Part shown: positions 1-14,194 of the stretch, one piece after another
How the letters are laid out: every line of letters starts with the position of its first letter
Numbering within the stretch: position 1 is the stretch's first letter
From: Eledone cirrhosa
Taxonomy: Eukaryota
Length of the DNA stretch: 64,000 nt
NCBI GenBank assembly: GCA_964016885.1
Contig: OZ024745.1
Span: 120,838,001-120,902,000 of the forward strand
Reading direction: 5' to 3'
The notes under the pieces: generated by a model
The model's input: only the letters and a program-made list of their open reading frames with translations
Database searches by the model: none
What the model was told of the DNA's origin: nothing
Program-made: the position numbers and the translations under genes

Positions 1-280
1 TTTATCGTGACACCTACACGACCACTTTACAGTGTGGACTGGGTGCTCTTTATCGTGACACCTACACGACCATTTTACAGTGTGGACTACTGGGTGCTCT
101 TTATCGTGACACCTACGCGGCCACTTTACAGTGTGGACTACTGGGTGCTTTTTATCGTGACACCTACACGACCACTTTACAGTGTGGACTACTGGGTGCT
201 TTTTATCGTGACACCTACACGACCACTTTACAGCGTGGAATGGGTACTTTTCGCCATGACACCTACACGAGCACTTTGAA
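1..280 (-). repeat. Tandem array of the 42-45 bp internal unit of a SINE (ACACCTACACGACCACTTTACAGTGTGGACTGGGTGCTTTTTATCGTG)
   Basis: About 6 near-identical units. The same unit occurs inside SINE copies at 8050-8165, 29690-30120, 39390-39690 and 59380-59490. Confidence 0.85.
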
Positions 281-406
281 GCTCTGCTGTTCTTCACTGT
301 ATTACTACATGTCTAAAGTCATCTCAACTTTCATTTAACATGTGGTTATAGATGGGAAAACATGAGTAAACTAAGAGATATTAGGACTATATTATTTACT
401 AATTAG

Positions 407-568
407 AGGTGGCGAATTGGCAGAGTCGTTAGAAGGTCGGGTAGAATGATTTGTAGCATTCATTTTGGCTCTCTACTCTCTGAGTTCAAATCTCGCCGAG
501 GTCAACTTTGCCTTTCAGCCATTCATGGTTGATAAAAAAAAGTACCAGTCAAGTACTGGGGTCGATTC
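407..568 (+). mobile_element. tRNA-derived SINE, family A (Nin-domain-like core)
   Basis: A-box-like TGGCAGAGTCG, B-box GAGTTCAAATC, then GGTCAACTTTGCCTTTCA...GATAAAAAAAAGTACCAG. More than 10 homologous copies lie in the window. Confidence 0.8.
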
Positions 569-687
569 TTCCTCTATATCTCTTTCTCACTTCCTTTCCA
601 TTACTCTCTCCATCAGGTTTAAGAAATGCCCTAGAAACATTGTATGTCAATCTGGCACCCCTACGACTCCTCAGGAGTTACAGGTCT

Positions 688-3600
688 ATACCATACCACA
701 CCGTACCATACTGTACCATACCTCACCACACCATACCATACCATACCATACTGTACCATACCATACCGTACCATACCATACCACACCACACCATACCATA
801 CCATGCCATACCATACCATACCATACCATACTGTACCATACCATACCATACCATACCATACCACACCACATCACACCACACCATACCATACCATACCATA
901 CCATACCATACCACACCACACCATACCATACCATATCATACCATACCATACCATGCCATACCATACCACACCACACCATACCACACCACACCACACCACA
1001 CCATACCATACCATACCATACCATACCACACCACACCACACCACACCACACCACACCACACCACACCATACCATACCATACAATACCACACCACACCACA
1101 CCACACCATACCATACCATACCACACCACACCACACCATACCACACCACACCATACCACACCACACCACACCATACCATACCATACCATACCATACCATA
1201 CCATACCACACCACACCATACCATACCATACCATACCATACCATACCATACCACACCACACCATACCATACCACACCATACCACACCACACCACACCATA
1301 CCATACCATACCATACCATACCACACCACACCACACCACACCACACCACACCACACCACACCATACCATACCATACCATACCATACCATACCACACCACA
1401 CCACACCACACCACACCACACCACACCACACCATACCATGCCATACCATACCATACCACACCACACCACACCACACCATACCATACCATACCATACCATA
1501 CCACACCACACCACACCATACCACACCATACCGTACCATACCACACCACACCACACCATACCACACCACACCATACCACACCACACCATACCATACCATA
1601 CCACACCACACCACACCATACCACACCACACCACACCACACCACACCACACCATACCATACCACACCACACCACACCATACCACACCACACCATACCACA
1701 CCACACCATACCATACCATATCATACCATACCACACCACACCACACCACACCATACCATACCATACCATACCATACCACACCACACCACACCATACCACA
1801 CCATACCGTACCATACCACACCACACCATACCATACCATGCCATACCATACCATACCATACCATGCCATACCACACCATACCATACCACACCACACCGTA
1901 CCATACTGTACCATACCACACCACACCATACCATACCATGCCATGCCATACAGTACCTTACTATACCACACCACACCGTACCATACCATACCATACCATA
2001 CCATACCATACCATGCCATACCATACCATACCATACTGTACCATACCATACAACACCACACCATACCATACCATGCCATACAGTACCTTACTATACCACA
2101 CCACACCGTACCATACCATGCCATACGATACCACACCACACCGTACCATACCATGCCATACCATACCATACCATACTGTACCATACCACACCACACCATA
2201 CCACACCACACCATACCACACCACACCACACCGTACCATACCATACCACACCATACCACACCACACCATACCACACCACACCACACCGTACCATACCATA
2301 CCACACCATACCATACCATACCATACCATACCACACCACACCGTACCATACCATGCCATACCATACCATACCATACCATGCCATACAGTACCATACCATG
2401 CCACACCACACCGTACCATACCATACCATACCATACCATACCACACCACACCACACCATACCACACCACACCGTACCATACCATACCACACCATACCACA
2501 CCACACCATACCACACCACACCACACCGTACCATACCATACCACACCATACCACACCACACCATACCATACCATGCCATACCATACCACACCACACCACA
2601 CCATACCACACCACACCATACCATACCACACCACACCACACCACACCATACCATACCACACCATACCACACCACACCACACCATACCACACCATACCACA
2701 CCATACCACACCACACCATACCACACCACACCACACCACACCATACCATACCACACCATACCACACCACACCACACCATACCACACCACACCATACCACA
2801 CCATACCACACCACACCACACCACACCATACCACACCACACCACACCACACCATACCACACCACACCACACCACACCATACCACACCATACCACACCACA
2901 CCGTACCATACCATACCATACCATACCATACCACACCACACCACACCATACCACACCACACCGTACCATACCATACCACACCATACCACACCACACCATA
3001 CCATACCACACCACACCACACCATACCATACCACACCATACCACACCACACCATACCACACCACACCATACCATACCATACCACACCACACCATACCACA
3101 CCACACCACACCACACCATACCATACCACACCATACCACACCACACCACACCATACCACACCATACCACACCATACCACACCACACCATACCACACCATA
3201 CCATACCACACCACACCACACCATACCATACCACACCATACCACACCACACCATACCACACCATACCATACCACACCACACCACACCATACCATACCACA
3301 CCATACCACACCACACCATACCATACCACACCACACCACACCATACCATACCACACCATACCACACCACACCATACCACACCACACCACACCATACCACA
3401 CCACACCACACCACACCATACCATACCACACCATACCACACCATACCATACCACACCACACCACACCACACCACACCATACCACACCACACCACACCATA
3501 CCATACCACACCATACCACACCACACCATACCACACCACACCACACCACACCACACCACACCATACCACACCATACCACACCATACCACACCATACCACA

Positions 3601-4119
3601 CCACACCATACCATACCACACCATACCATACCACACCATACCACACCACACCATACCACACCACACCATACCATACCACACCACACCACACCATACCACA
3701 CCACACCACACCATACCACACCATACCACACCACACCATACCATACCACACCACACCATACCACACCACACCACACCACACCATACCATACCACACCATA
3801 CCACACCACACCACACCATACCACACCATACCACACCATACCACACCACACCATACCACACCACACCATACCATACCACACCACACCACACCATACCATA
3901 CCACACCATACCACACCACACCACACCATACCACACCATACCACACCATACCACACCACACCATACCACACCACACCATACCATACCACACCACACCACA
4001 CCATACCACACCACACCATACCATACCACACCACACCATACCATACCACACCACACCACACCATACCATACCACACCATACCACACCACACCATACCACA
4101 CCACACCACACCGTACCAT
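688..4119. repeat. (CCAYA)n pentanucleotide satellite, ~3.4 kb
   Basis: Uninterrupted CCATA/CCACA units with occasional CCGTA, CTGTA and CCATG variants. Explains all His/Thr/Pro- and Val/Trp/Gly-rich ORFs. Confidence 0.98.
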
Positions 4120-4585
4120 TTACTAATTATTACTAATATTTATTTAGTAAATTATCTGCAGATGTTAAACATATGTAAAATTACTAATTACCTCAAATAT
4201 GTAAAATTATCAATTATCTGTAAATTATAGTCTAGCCATTGGATCTAAATACCTCCACCTCTCTACCATTCTAACAAACTATTCTTAGGTCTCAAATAAT
4301 CCCCCCCCCCCCTCCCCCCACACACACATACACACACTTAATAACATTTTGCTAATCTATATCCGGCAAAATTTTATTTTAAGTAGTAGCATTCTTGCAA
4401 CAGTTAATTTTCTTTAAACATTAAAAAATATTCTAGATGATAAAAAAAAGAACATTACTCGAAATCCCATGTTATAAAATATATAGGATGAGTTGGTGTC
4501 TCAATATGTTATTTCCCATCACTGAGGACGCTTCATCCTCGATGACACACCCTAATTTTGACAACCAAAAATTTGAAAAAAACAT

Positions 4586-4775
4586 AATTGTTTCTACTTT
4601 TGGCACAAGGCCAGCAATTACCCAATGCATTACTGGTACTTTATTTTATTGACCCCGTAAGGATGAAAGGCAAAGTTAACTTCGGCGGGATTTGAACTCA
4701 GAATGGCAAGGGCCGTAACTCTATGTGTCAAAGCATGCCGTCCGACCCTCTACTGATACTGCCAATCCACCGCCC
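4586..4775 (-). mobile_element. SINE family A, full length
   Basis: Reverse complement of GGCGGTGGATTGGCAG...GAGTTCAAATCCCGCCGAAGTTAACTTTGCCTTTCATCCTTACGGGGTC...GTGCCAAAAGTAGAAACAATT. Confidence 0.85.
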
Positions 4776-5149
4776 TGTTTCTACTTTTGGCACATAATAA
4801 ACATAATAAACAACCTTCGGTCTCCAGGACGCATGGTAGATCTTTGAGACTTATTTTAGGAAAAAAGTAGTGTCTTCGATATTGGGAGATACGGTAATTC
4901 TGGTTTTTAAAAAAATCAAGGCAGACAACCTAGAAAATTTATCATCCTTAGTTTCCTTGCTAGCTACCCTTCACTTGCTCAATCAATATCATCACATCAT
5001 TGATTCAGTCTCATTCTCCACTAATCTACACTATCATTCTACACTTCTTTCCCTTGTGTGTGGTAGACCTCTGTCAGTTCCAATGATCAATGTTCCAGTT
5101 GAGTTGATCAACAACAACAACCTGCTTATAAAATTTATATGTAAGTGAT

Positions 5150-5380
5150 TGAATATTCTATAGACATGTGTACCCTTAATACAATTCTCTGAGTGATTCA
5201 GCATGACACAGTGTGTGACAAGGTTAATCCTTTGAATTTACAGGTACAACTCATTTTTGTGAACTGGTGTAATGTGAAATAAAGTGTCTTGCTGAAGGAT
5301 ACAATATGCCACTGCAAATCAAACTCATTACCTCACAATTGGGAACTGAACACCCTAACCACTACGCTATGTGCCTTCAC
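5150..5380 (-). mobile_element. tRNA-derived CORE-type SINE, family B
   Basis: On the minus strand: GTAGTGGTTAGGGTG head, then TCCTTCAGCAAGACACTTTATTTCACA (CORE-like). Homologous to 20060-20210, 22765-22870 and 27860-28000. Confidence 0.7.
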
Positions 5381-5777
5381 TTCTTCCTCTGTCTACATAA
5401 CGTTGACAACCTATTCTTCTCGGTGACCTAGATGACCATTGAGATTTCCAGTAGTAGCAAAACTCCCTCTTTGCATCATGGTAGGATGTGGCTCTTCAGT
5501 GTCAGTGAAACCAGCTTAACAAACTCAATAGTATAACAAAAGGGATCTGCCTTAATTGCACAGAGATGTCGGCTCAGCAAGTTGAAATGAAGATAATTTG
5601 TCTAGGAGATCAGCAACTCTGATTAAAAACTCATACAGGATAGAAAGGGGGTATTTAACAGAGATAATCTTTATATCAAATCTCCTTAGACCACCATCAT
5701 GTGCTCTATTGATGACTGATGATGATGATGAAGATGATAATATGGGTGATAGAGATGATGCTTCAGTCATAAAAGGT

Positions 5778-5993
5778 TTAACCCTTTAGCATTTAAACCA
5801 GCCATATCTGGCCAGAATTCTCTCACCTCTTTCTGTTCAAACCGGCTGTACCTGGCTGCTCATACTGAAGTTAAGGTATGGCTCTCAAAATAAATGATAT
5901 CAAAATCTCATAGATTCCATATTATGTGAGATAAAGCCTTTACCATAAAAATACAATAGTATATATAGAGTAATGTAAATGCTAAAGGGTTAA
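5778..5993 (+). mobile_element. piggyBac-type non-autonomous element (MITE)
   Basis: TTAA-CCCTTTAGCATTTA ... TAAATGCTAAAGGG-TTAA: terminal inverted repeats with TTAA on both sides. Six copies in the window. Confidence 0.85.
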
Positions 5994-6744
5994 GATGATT
6001 TTTTTTTCATATGAGTGTTTACAGACTTTGTCAATTAGTGATTTTAAATATCAGAGTGAGTGAAAATTTTCCGACAGGCAAAAGATTCCCTCATCTCTAA
6101 TGTAGAGTCTCCATCATTGGCTCATATATCTTCAAAAAAGGTACAGACCATCATTACATTTCACAAAGTTTATTTTAAGGACATTCTACAACAACACAAA
6201 TATCTGAGGTGGTGCCATGATTCAGTGTTTGATATTCTGAGAAGCATCTGTACTGGTTATTTTGAACATTAACTATTAGATACCATGTGATCACATGTAG
6301 TATTTGATAACATTTAAACATACTGCACAACATTAAATCTAGAACTTCACAAAATTAGATTTAGAATTGTACTGTTACCATCACAGTCATCATCATCATC
6401 GTTTTTACATCAACTTTTCCATGCAGGTATAGGTTGGGTGGGACATTTTGAGGCAATGTTTTACAGCTGGATGCCCTTCTTAACACCAACCCTTTTAGTC
6501 ACTTCTTATAATATGCAGGGATCTATTGTAACTATTCTAAACTGGATATACATATTTCTATGAAAAAACACTGCCTATGATTTTCAAATCATTTTTACAA
6601 ATAATCAATAATTTGTCCTGGAGAATTGATGTGCTCTGCCAAGTTTAATAAAATGCCCTAGAAACACCATATGATGATATGGCACCCCTACAACTCCCTC
6701 AGAAGACATGGGACCGTGCATGTAATAATTTGTAGTGATTTAGT

Positions 6745-7060
6745 AACAATATCGTCCTACCAGTTGTGTTATATGGTCTTGACTGTGTTAATTGGACGAC
6801 AAGGTCACTTCAGAAGCTCTCTACATTCCAGAACCACATCATGAGACTTATGACTGGCAAGTGGCTCAGCGACCATATCTGTATCAGATACCAGACTTAC
6901 ACCAATTACATCAATTGTCAAGTCAACGTACTCAAACTATACGGCCATATAAAAAAATTGACTTTTGATGTGAGTAGGTTATGCTTGGAAGGAAGGTGGC
7001 TGGTAAGAAATGCAGAGGCTGGCATTCAAAATGATGGCTCGATAATGTCAATCTCTGGAC
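6745..7060 (+). pseudogene. Decayed RTE-type LINE ORF2 C-terminal fragment
   Basis: Translations LPVVLYGLDCVNWTTRSLQKLSTFQNHIMR ... LKLYGHIK ... LCLEG match the RTE post-RT region (LLYG.ETW...RLRWFGH...EG), with frameshifts. Confidence 0.6.
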
Positions 7061-7889
7061 TGGACTTGATCTTTGCTCTTTAAACTCTGCTGTTGGTGAT
7101 CAAACTTTGTGGAGAAAAATATCTCAGTCTGCAACTGGCAGAGTTTAGCATCAAAGTACTAACAATAAAACTAACTTTCTCATTAGTAAGCTGATGTTTG
7201 AAGCATAACTTAAAGGTTCTTTCATAAAGGTATTGTGGAAGGTTTTTAAAAAAATATAAACACTTTAAAAGAAAGATTTTCACATTGAAAATCCAAGTGA
7301 GGTTTCAGGTGGTTTGGTATCAAAGGGGTTCAAAGAATCACTAACTTTCCATTCACCAATGATTTCTATAAATGTCAGTATATTTTCTTTCTTTTTTCTT
7401 TCTTTTTAGGAAAGGAGTTTGGTTGCATGCCAGTTACTTCTTTGGTAATTCTAGATGTTGAGAATTTGCAATTGTCAGCTCTGTATGTACCTTGTATAAT
7501 TTTCTGTAATACTTCATATAATTAGTCACTAAAAAACATTAATATACATATTTTAGTTATGACTGGAATATTTTTCTCATCATATCTTACATGGATAAGA
7601 ACATTATGTGTGGCTATAAGTGAATGCACACATCTGTCTGTGTATGTGTGTGCAGACACAGACACACATATATATATATACACATGTATATGTATGTATA
7701 TACATACACACATGTGTATATGTGTGTATGTATATACATATACATACACATATACATACATGCACATACATATACATATACATTGACTAGCAGGCTTGAA
7801 AAGCCATATCTGAGCATCACACATCTGAATCTGACAATCAATTGCAATACTCTTAGCAGAGTTTGCAGCCATCATACATAAACATATAT

Positions 7890-8170
7890 ACATCATCATC
7901 ACTTTATGTCCATTTTCCACGCTAGTATGGGTTAGACTAGTTGTCCTGTTGTGGGCAATGCTAGGTCAAATGACTATGTCTTGTACATACAGAACTGATT
8001 TTGGCTTGATTTCTACAGCTGGATACCCTTCCTAACGCCAACCTCATTTACAGTGAGTACTGGGTACTTTTTGTCATGTCACCAACACGACCACTTTATA
8101 GTGTGGACTGGGTGCTTTTTGTCATGACACCTACACGACCACTTTAGAGTGTAGGCTGGGTGTTTTTTTG
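7890..8170 (-). mobile_element. SINE with Meta-domain-like segment, 42-bp internal repeats and RTE-derived (GAT)n tail (family C)
   Basis: Minus strand reads GGTTGGCGTTAGGAAGGGTATCCAGCTGTAGAAA ... AACCCATACTAGCGTGGAAAATGGACATAAAGTGATGATGATG. Similar copies at 6385-6495, 24570-24830, 32845-33090, 47780-47975 and 58815-59048. Confidence 0.7.
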
Positions 8171-8171
8171 C

Positions 8172-8848
8172 ATTTGAGACAGAGGATGGAATTTCTACCT
8201 ACACCTTTCCTGCATACAGAGCAAGGCCATTTACCGGGGGATGGGGGGATCAGGGTTCTGTTTCTCTTTTACTTACTAGGACCATAGTCTTTCTCAGGTT
8301 GACTTTAAGATCTCTTGTTTCTAGATCCTGTTTCCATTTTTGGAATTTCTTCACTAGTTCCACCATAGATTCCACTATGAGTGTAAGATTATCCATGTAC
8401 AGGAGTTTCCATGGGCTGCCAGTCATAAACTCCTATGATAGTCTGTAGTACGACAATAAACAGGAGAGGGCTAAGAACAGAGCCCTGGTGGATGCCAGCC
8501 TGTACACTAAATTCTTCGCTATAGTCATTGCTAATCCTAACTTTGCTAACTGCTCCCCTAAACATGGCTTGTACAGCCTTCACATGCCACTCATCTACTC
8601 CTACTTTTCTAAGAGTCCCTCAGATTATGGCACGGGGCACTTTGTTGAAGGCTTTTTCCAGATCGGCAAATGCCACGTAGAGCAGCCTACTTTTAGCTAG
8701 GTACTTTTCCCGTAAGTGCCTCACAAGGAAGAGATCATCAGTGGTGTTTTTGCCTGGCACAAATCCGAACTGCATCTCATCTAGATTTACTCAGTCCCTT
8801 ATCAGCTGTGCTATAACTCTTTCTGTTACTTTCATGACCTGGTCCATC
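8172..8848 (-). pseudogene. RTE-group LINE reverse transcriptase fragment (frameshifted)
   Basis: Minus strand translates as MDQVMKVTERVIAQLIR..LDEMQFGFVPGKNTTD...AFADLEKAFNKVPR...GIHQGSVLSPLLF...LLYMDNL (degenerate YADD)...GKWPCSVCRKGVGRNSILCLKC. Confidence 0.9.
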
Positions 8849-9738
8849 GGCTTTTGGTATGACATCATCTAGCATTACTTGGTTTACAATACATGTAGTT
8901 AAAGTGTTTATATTTATCTAAAAGAAACAAACCCTTCCATCATATCTCCAAGCACCAGCTTAATAATGAGAAAATTAGTTGATTAACTCTAAATTCTCAA
9001 TTATTTTCAATGTTTGAGAGGGTCTGAGAAGGCTATGGGCGCACAGCTGCTCCAATATCTTGGGCTAAATTACAAAAATAGGATATGAAATTATTTAAAT
9101 GCGATTGTTGTTAATGACTAAATTTGATCAGAACTGTTCAAGGAAACTCTTGTATTCCAGTTGTAACCATCCCCTCTTTTATTGTATCAGGAATCACATT
9201 ATCTAATAGATCCTTCTCTCTTTAAAATGGTAGGGGTAATTTAAGGGAGATTTGGCTGCTACTTTTAGCAGGACCAGCGACCATGTAGAGGCTCCCTCAT
9301 TGGCTGCCTCATTTAACAACAGAGAACTTTGTTGAATAAGAACTGCGAAACTATAAATTCTATTGTAGATGAAAACCAGGGTGTTGAAGTACATACACTC
9401 TTCTATTTCTAACTTATGTAATCTAGTTGAAGCAGGAAACATATTTTATCTAAACAAAACGCTGGCAACTCCAACAAACAATGGTTATTGAAGTTGTATA
9501 AACCTACTATTCTTCTTTTGAAACATGATATTAAACAGAACAGTATATCTTACTCAGAAACAATCTACTTATAAATAAGTAGTTAGTACATTAGTAAATT
9601 TTGTTAATATACGTTGTATAATTAACACAAACCTGGCTTCATTTGATCTTATTGCTAATTTTCAACATCTTTTTAATGTTTTCTAGAAATATATGAACAT
9701 TGTATCATTCTATTTCTTTCACACTCTAAATTTAACAT

Positions 9739-9943
9739 TTAACCCTTTAGCATCTGGTGAGAATCCTCTCACCTCTTTCTGTTCAAATCGGCTGCTTGTA
9801 ATTACGTTAAGGTATTGTTCTCAAAATCAATAGTATCAAAATCTCATAGATTCAATATTATGTGAGATACATTATATGAGATAAAGTGTTTACCATGAAA
9901 ATATAATAGTAAAAATAGAGTAATGTAAATACTAAAAGGTTAA
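9739..9943 (+). mobile_element. piggyBac-type MITE copy
   Basis: TTAACCCTTTAGCAT ... ATACTAAAAGGTTAA, with interior homologous to 5778-5993. Confidence 0.8.
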
Positions 9944-10558
9944 TGTTTATATAGGAAATCGTTGATATTTGTTAAAACAGAAAAGCAATGCAATTATATC
10001 ATGGAAGAGTAATTTTAACCATTAACCGTCTTGATACCAACCTGTCCCAAACTACCACTGGTTCTGTCAAACAGGATAACCTTTTTAAAGAAGTTCTTAT
10101 TTAAATTAAAATCTTCCGACATAATTGTATATAAGAAACAAATATTAGTATCTTAATATAGAAATAATTAATAATTTTAGTAAATCCCTGAAAATTCTTC
10201 ATTGATTAATTGAAATAGTGTGTATTTCATTAGAAATACGACCATGAAAAAGATGATCATATTCAGGAAAAAACATTTTAACAACTAAAAGAAAACACAA
10301 AAACTGTTATATTTACTTTTCATTTATTTTATGAAATGAATGGTTTCTAATTTAGGCACAATGCCAGCAATTTGGGAGGAGGGGAAATTTATTATAGTTA
10401 ACCCCTTCATCACCTCTAAAAATATGAAAGGTAAAGCTAACCTCGGCGGCATTTGAACTCGGACTGTAAATTCCTCAAGGCGAGAATCAAGTCCTGAAAG
10501 ACCACCTTGAATGTCCATCGTGCAGATGAGACACTAACATTAAGACTAAAATCTTTCC

Positions 10559-12680
10559 ATTTAGGACTCACAAAGTCTAAAGTCTCTCCAGTGGTCAGCA
10601 GAGCTTTAGGACTCACAAATTCTAAAGTCTCTCTAGTGGTCAGCAGAGCTTTAGGACTCACAAAGTCTAAAGTCTCTCCAGTGGTCAGCAGAGCTTTAGG
10701 ACTCACAAGGTCTAAAATCTTTCCAGTGGTCAGCAGAGCTTTAGGACTCACAAAGTCTAAAGTCTCTCCAGTGGTCAGCAGAGCTTTAGGACTCACAAAG
10801 TCTAAAATCTTTCCAGTGGTCAGCAGAGCTTTAGGACTTACAATGTCTAAAGTCTCTCCAGTGGTCAGCAGAGCATTAGGACTCACAAAGTCTAAAATCT
10901 TTCTAGTGGTCAGCAGAGCTTTAGGACTCACAAAGTCTAAAATCTTTCCAGTGGTCAGCAGAACTTTAGGACTCACAAGGTCTAAAATCTTTCCAGTGGT
11001 CAGCAGAGCTTTAGGACTCACAAAGTCTAAAGTCTCTCCAGTGGTCAGCAGAGCTTTAGGACTCACAAAGTCTAAAGTCTCTCCAGTGGTCAGCAGAACT
11101 TTAGGACTCACAAGGTCTAAAGTCTTTCCAGTGGTCAGCAGAGCTTTAGGACTCACAAAGTCTAAAATCTTTCCAGTGGTCAGCAGAGCTTTAGGACTCA
11201 CAAAGTCTAAAGTCTCTCCAGTGGTCAGCAGAGATTTAGGACTCACAAAGTCTAAAGTCTCTCCAGTGGTCAGCAGAGCTTTAGGACTCACAAGGTCTAA
11301 AGTCTTTCCAGTGGTCAGCAGAGCTTTAGGACTCACAAGGTCTAAAATCTTTCCAGTGGTCAGCAGAGCTTTAGGACTCACAAAGTCTAAAGTCTTTCCA
11401 GTGGTCAGCAGAGCTTTAGGACTAACAAAGTCTAAAGTCTCTCCAGTGGTCAGCAGAGCTTTAGGACTCACAAAGTCTAAAGTCTCTCCAGTGGTCAGCA
11501 GAGCTTTAGGACTCACAAAGTCTAAAGTCTCTCCAGTGGTCAGCAGAGCTTTAGGACTCACAAAGTCTAAAGTCTCTCCAGTGGACAGCAGAGCTTTAGG
11601 ACTCACAAAGTCTAAAGTCTCTCCAGTGGTCAGCAGAGCTTTAGGACTCACACAGTCTAAAGTCTCTCCAGTGGTCAGCAGAGCTTTAGGACTCACAAAG
11701 TCTAAAATCTCTCCAGTGGTCAGCAGAGATTTAGGACTCACACAGTCTAAAGTCTCTCCAGTGGTCAGCAGAGCTTTAGGACTTACAAAGTCTAAAGTCT
11801 CTCCAGTGGTCAGCAGAGCTTTAGGACTCACACAGTCTAAAGTCTCTCCAGTGGTCAGCAGAGCTTTAGGACTTACAATGTCTAAAGTCTCTCCAGTGGT
11901 CAGCAGAGCTTTAGGACTCACACAGTCTAAAGTCTCTCCAGTGGTCAGCAGAGCTTTAGGACTTACAAAGTCTAAAGTCTCTCCAGTGGTCAGCAGAGCT
12001 TTAGGACTTACAAAGTCTAAAGTCTCTCCAGTGGTCAGCAGAGCTTTAGGACTTACAAAGTCTAAAGTCTCTCCAGTGGTCAGCAGAGCTTTAGGACTCA
12101 CACAGTCTAAAGTCTCTCCAGTGGTCAGCAGAGCTTTAGGACTTACAAAGTCTAAAGTCTCTCCAGTGGTCAGCAGAGCTTTAGGACTCACACAGTCTAA
12201 AGTCTCTCCAGTGGTCAGCAGAGCTTTAGGACTTACAAAGTCTAAAGTCTCTCCAGTGGTCAGCAGAGCTTTAGGACTCACAAAGTCTAAAGTCTCTCCA
12301 GTGGTCAGCAGAGCTTTAGGACTCACAAAGTCTAAAATCTTTCCAGTGGTCAGCAGAGCTTTAGGACTCACAAAGTCTAAAATCTTTCCAGTGGTCAGCA
12401 GAGCTTTAGGACTCACAAAGTCTAAAATCTTTCCAGTGGTCAGCAGAGCTTTAGGACTCACAAAGTCTAAAGTCTCTCCAGTGGTCAGCAGAGCTTTAGG
12501 ACTCACAAAGTCTAAAGTCTCTCCAGTGGTCAGCAGAGCTTTAGGACTCACAAAGTCTAAAGTCTCCCCAGTGGTCAGCAGAGCTTTAGGACTCACAAGG
12601 TCTAAAGTCTCTCTAGTGGTCAGCAGAGCTTTAGGACTCACAAAGTCTAAAGTCTCCCCAGTGGTCAGCAGAGCTCCAGG
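10559..12680. repeat. 45-bp minisatellite, ~47 copies (TTAGGACTCACAAAGTCTAAAGTCTCTCCAGTGGTCAGCAGAGCT)
   Basis: Exact 45-bp period with substitution-only variants. The unit is a multiple of 3, which produces the 754-aa (-) and 728-aa (+) ORFs. Confidence 0.97.
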
Positions 12681-12789
12681 ATTCACGAAGTAAGGAATCA
12701 ATATTCCCCAACTGTATTCAAGGCAACATCCACATCTACATCCTCAGAAGATCTGACATCAGATGACGTCACAGACTACAATAATAATA

Positions 12790-13190
12790 ATTGTTTCTAC
12801 TTTTGGCACAAGGCCAGCAATTACCCCAGTGCATTGCTGGTACTTTATTTTATCACCCACGTATGAATGAAAGGCAAAGTTAACCTCGGTGGGATTTGAA
12901 CTCAGACCGTAAAGGGACGTAACTCTATGCTGGAAAGCATGGTGTCCAACTCTCTACCAAAACTGCCAATCCACCGCCGTAATAATAATAATGGTTTCTA
13001 ATGTAGGCACAAGGCCAGCAATTTGAGAAGGGAGGAAAGTTTATTATAGTTAACCCCTTCATCAAGACTGAAAATATGAAAGGTAAAGTTAACCTTAGCA
13101 AGATTTGAACTCAGGATGTAAAGACCCAGAACAAATGCTGCAAAAAACATTTTGTCCTATGTTCAAACTATTCGACCAACCCATGACCTC
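12790..13190 (-). mobile_element. Two adjacent family A SINE copies
   Basis: Both carry GAAAGG(C/T)AAAGTTAACCT...GATTTGAACTCAG and the GGCACAAGGCCAGCAAT tail, separated by (AAT)n. Confidence 0.8.
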
Positions 13191-13329
13191 AAAGTAAATT
13201 ATATAGATTTTATGTGTCTTTTTAAATTGCTAAAATGTCAGTCTCCAATCAAGTCTCTTTTCAAAAATGAACAATTCAGAGAAGAATAATCATTTGGTCA
13301 CACAGTGATTATTCTCATCCCTCTACATC

Positions 13330-13600
13330 AGTGGTTCCCAAACAGTGCAGCACACCTCACAGGTGTGGCAGAAGAGGATAGCAGGTGAGGCAGAATGATT
13401 GAAAGATAATCAAAGATTTAGAAACAGTTTAATAAATTCATATGCCAAAAATAAATATGATTTCCAAATTTAAAATATTATTATGGATTACTTGTAATTG
13501 CATGAGTCCCAGTATAAATAGTCAAAAATAATTATTGACTAATTTTATCATTGTGATATGTTTGCATTATAACAAGTATTAAGAATATAGTAACTAGGGT
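13330..13600 (+). mobile_element. Possible decayed hAT/Charlie-like DNA element end
   Basis: Begins CAGTGGTTCCCAAAC, a typical hAT terminal motif. The other end is not clearly identified. Confidence 0.3.
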
Positions 13601-14194
13601 TTGCAAATTGGAGGAGATAGTTATCACCAATAATGCTCTGACTTCAAATCCATGGTTATCTCCTTTTAACCCTCTCTTGGGTTTTTTGTTTATCTCAAAT
13701 TAGGTCTAATATAAAGAAGATTACTCGTCAAAATCAAGTTCATACCTTTCATCAAATTTGTGTACTTTAATCATATTATAAGTTATTTATGTTATATATT
13801 ATATTTAACACACTATTAGTCGTTATTTTTTAATTTTTATATGTACTTTTTATCACATATCACAAGTAAAGGGTTCGATTTAATCAACTTTTTCTGCCCT
13901 TGAATTACTGATTTTCTGCCTAAGTTAGAACATATTATATGGGGTTGATTAAGGATGATGAAATGAAACAAACAGTAGAGCACTAAACAAAATGCCTGCT
14001 GTATTTAGTGAAATCTCTTTACAATAAAACTCGATGTATGTTAGTTCAATTGATGATAATTCATTCCCTAAATCTGTAGCCTGAGGCCAAATTTATCAAT
14101 ATGTTGGGCTCATTTAATTGACCCCAGCTTGTTACTTTATAAAAATGAACTCTGTGAAAAGAAATCTAATACTAAGGATCTAGAATTTTGTTTT

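Noticed and set aside
465-4230. ORFs of 700-1240 aa rich in His/Thr/Pro or Val/Trp/Gly
   Set aside because: Open in all six frames because the CCAYA repeat cannot encode a stop. Not genes.
5400-5715. Possible L1/Tx1-like RT remnant (RRFDIKIISVKYPLSILYEFL) on the minus strand
   Set aside because: Only a vague resemblance to the QGCPLS region. Too decayed to call.
12701-12776. Possible terminal exon on the minus strand (ag|SVTSSDVRSSEDVDVDVALNTVGEY*)
   Set aside because: The apparent acceptor is formed by a SINE (AAT)n tail, and no partner exons or recognisable protein were found.
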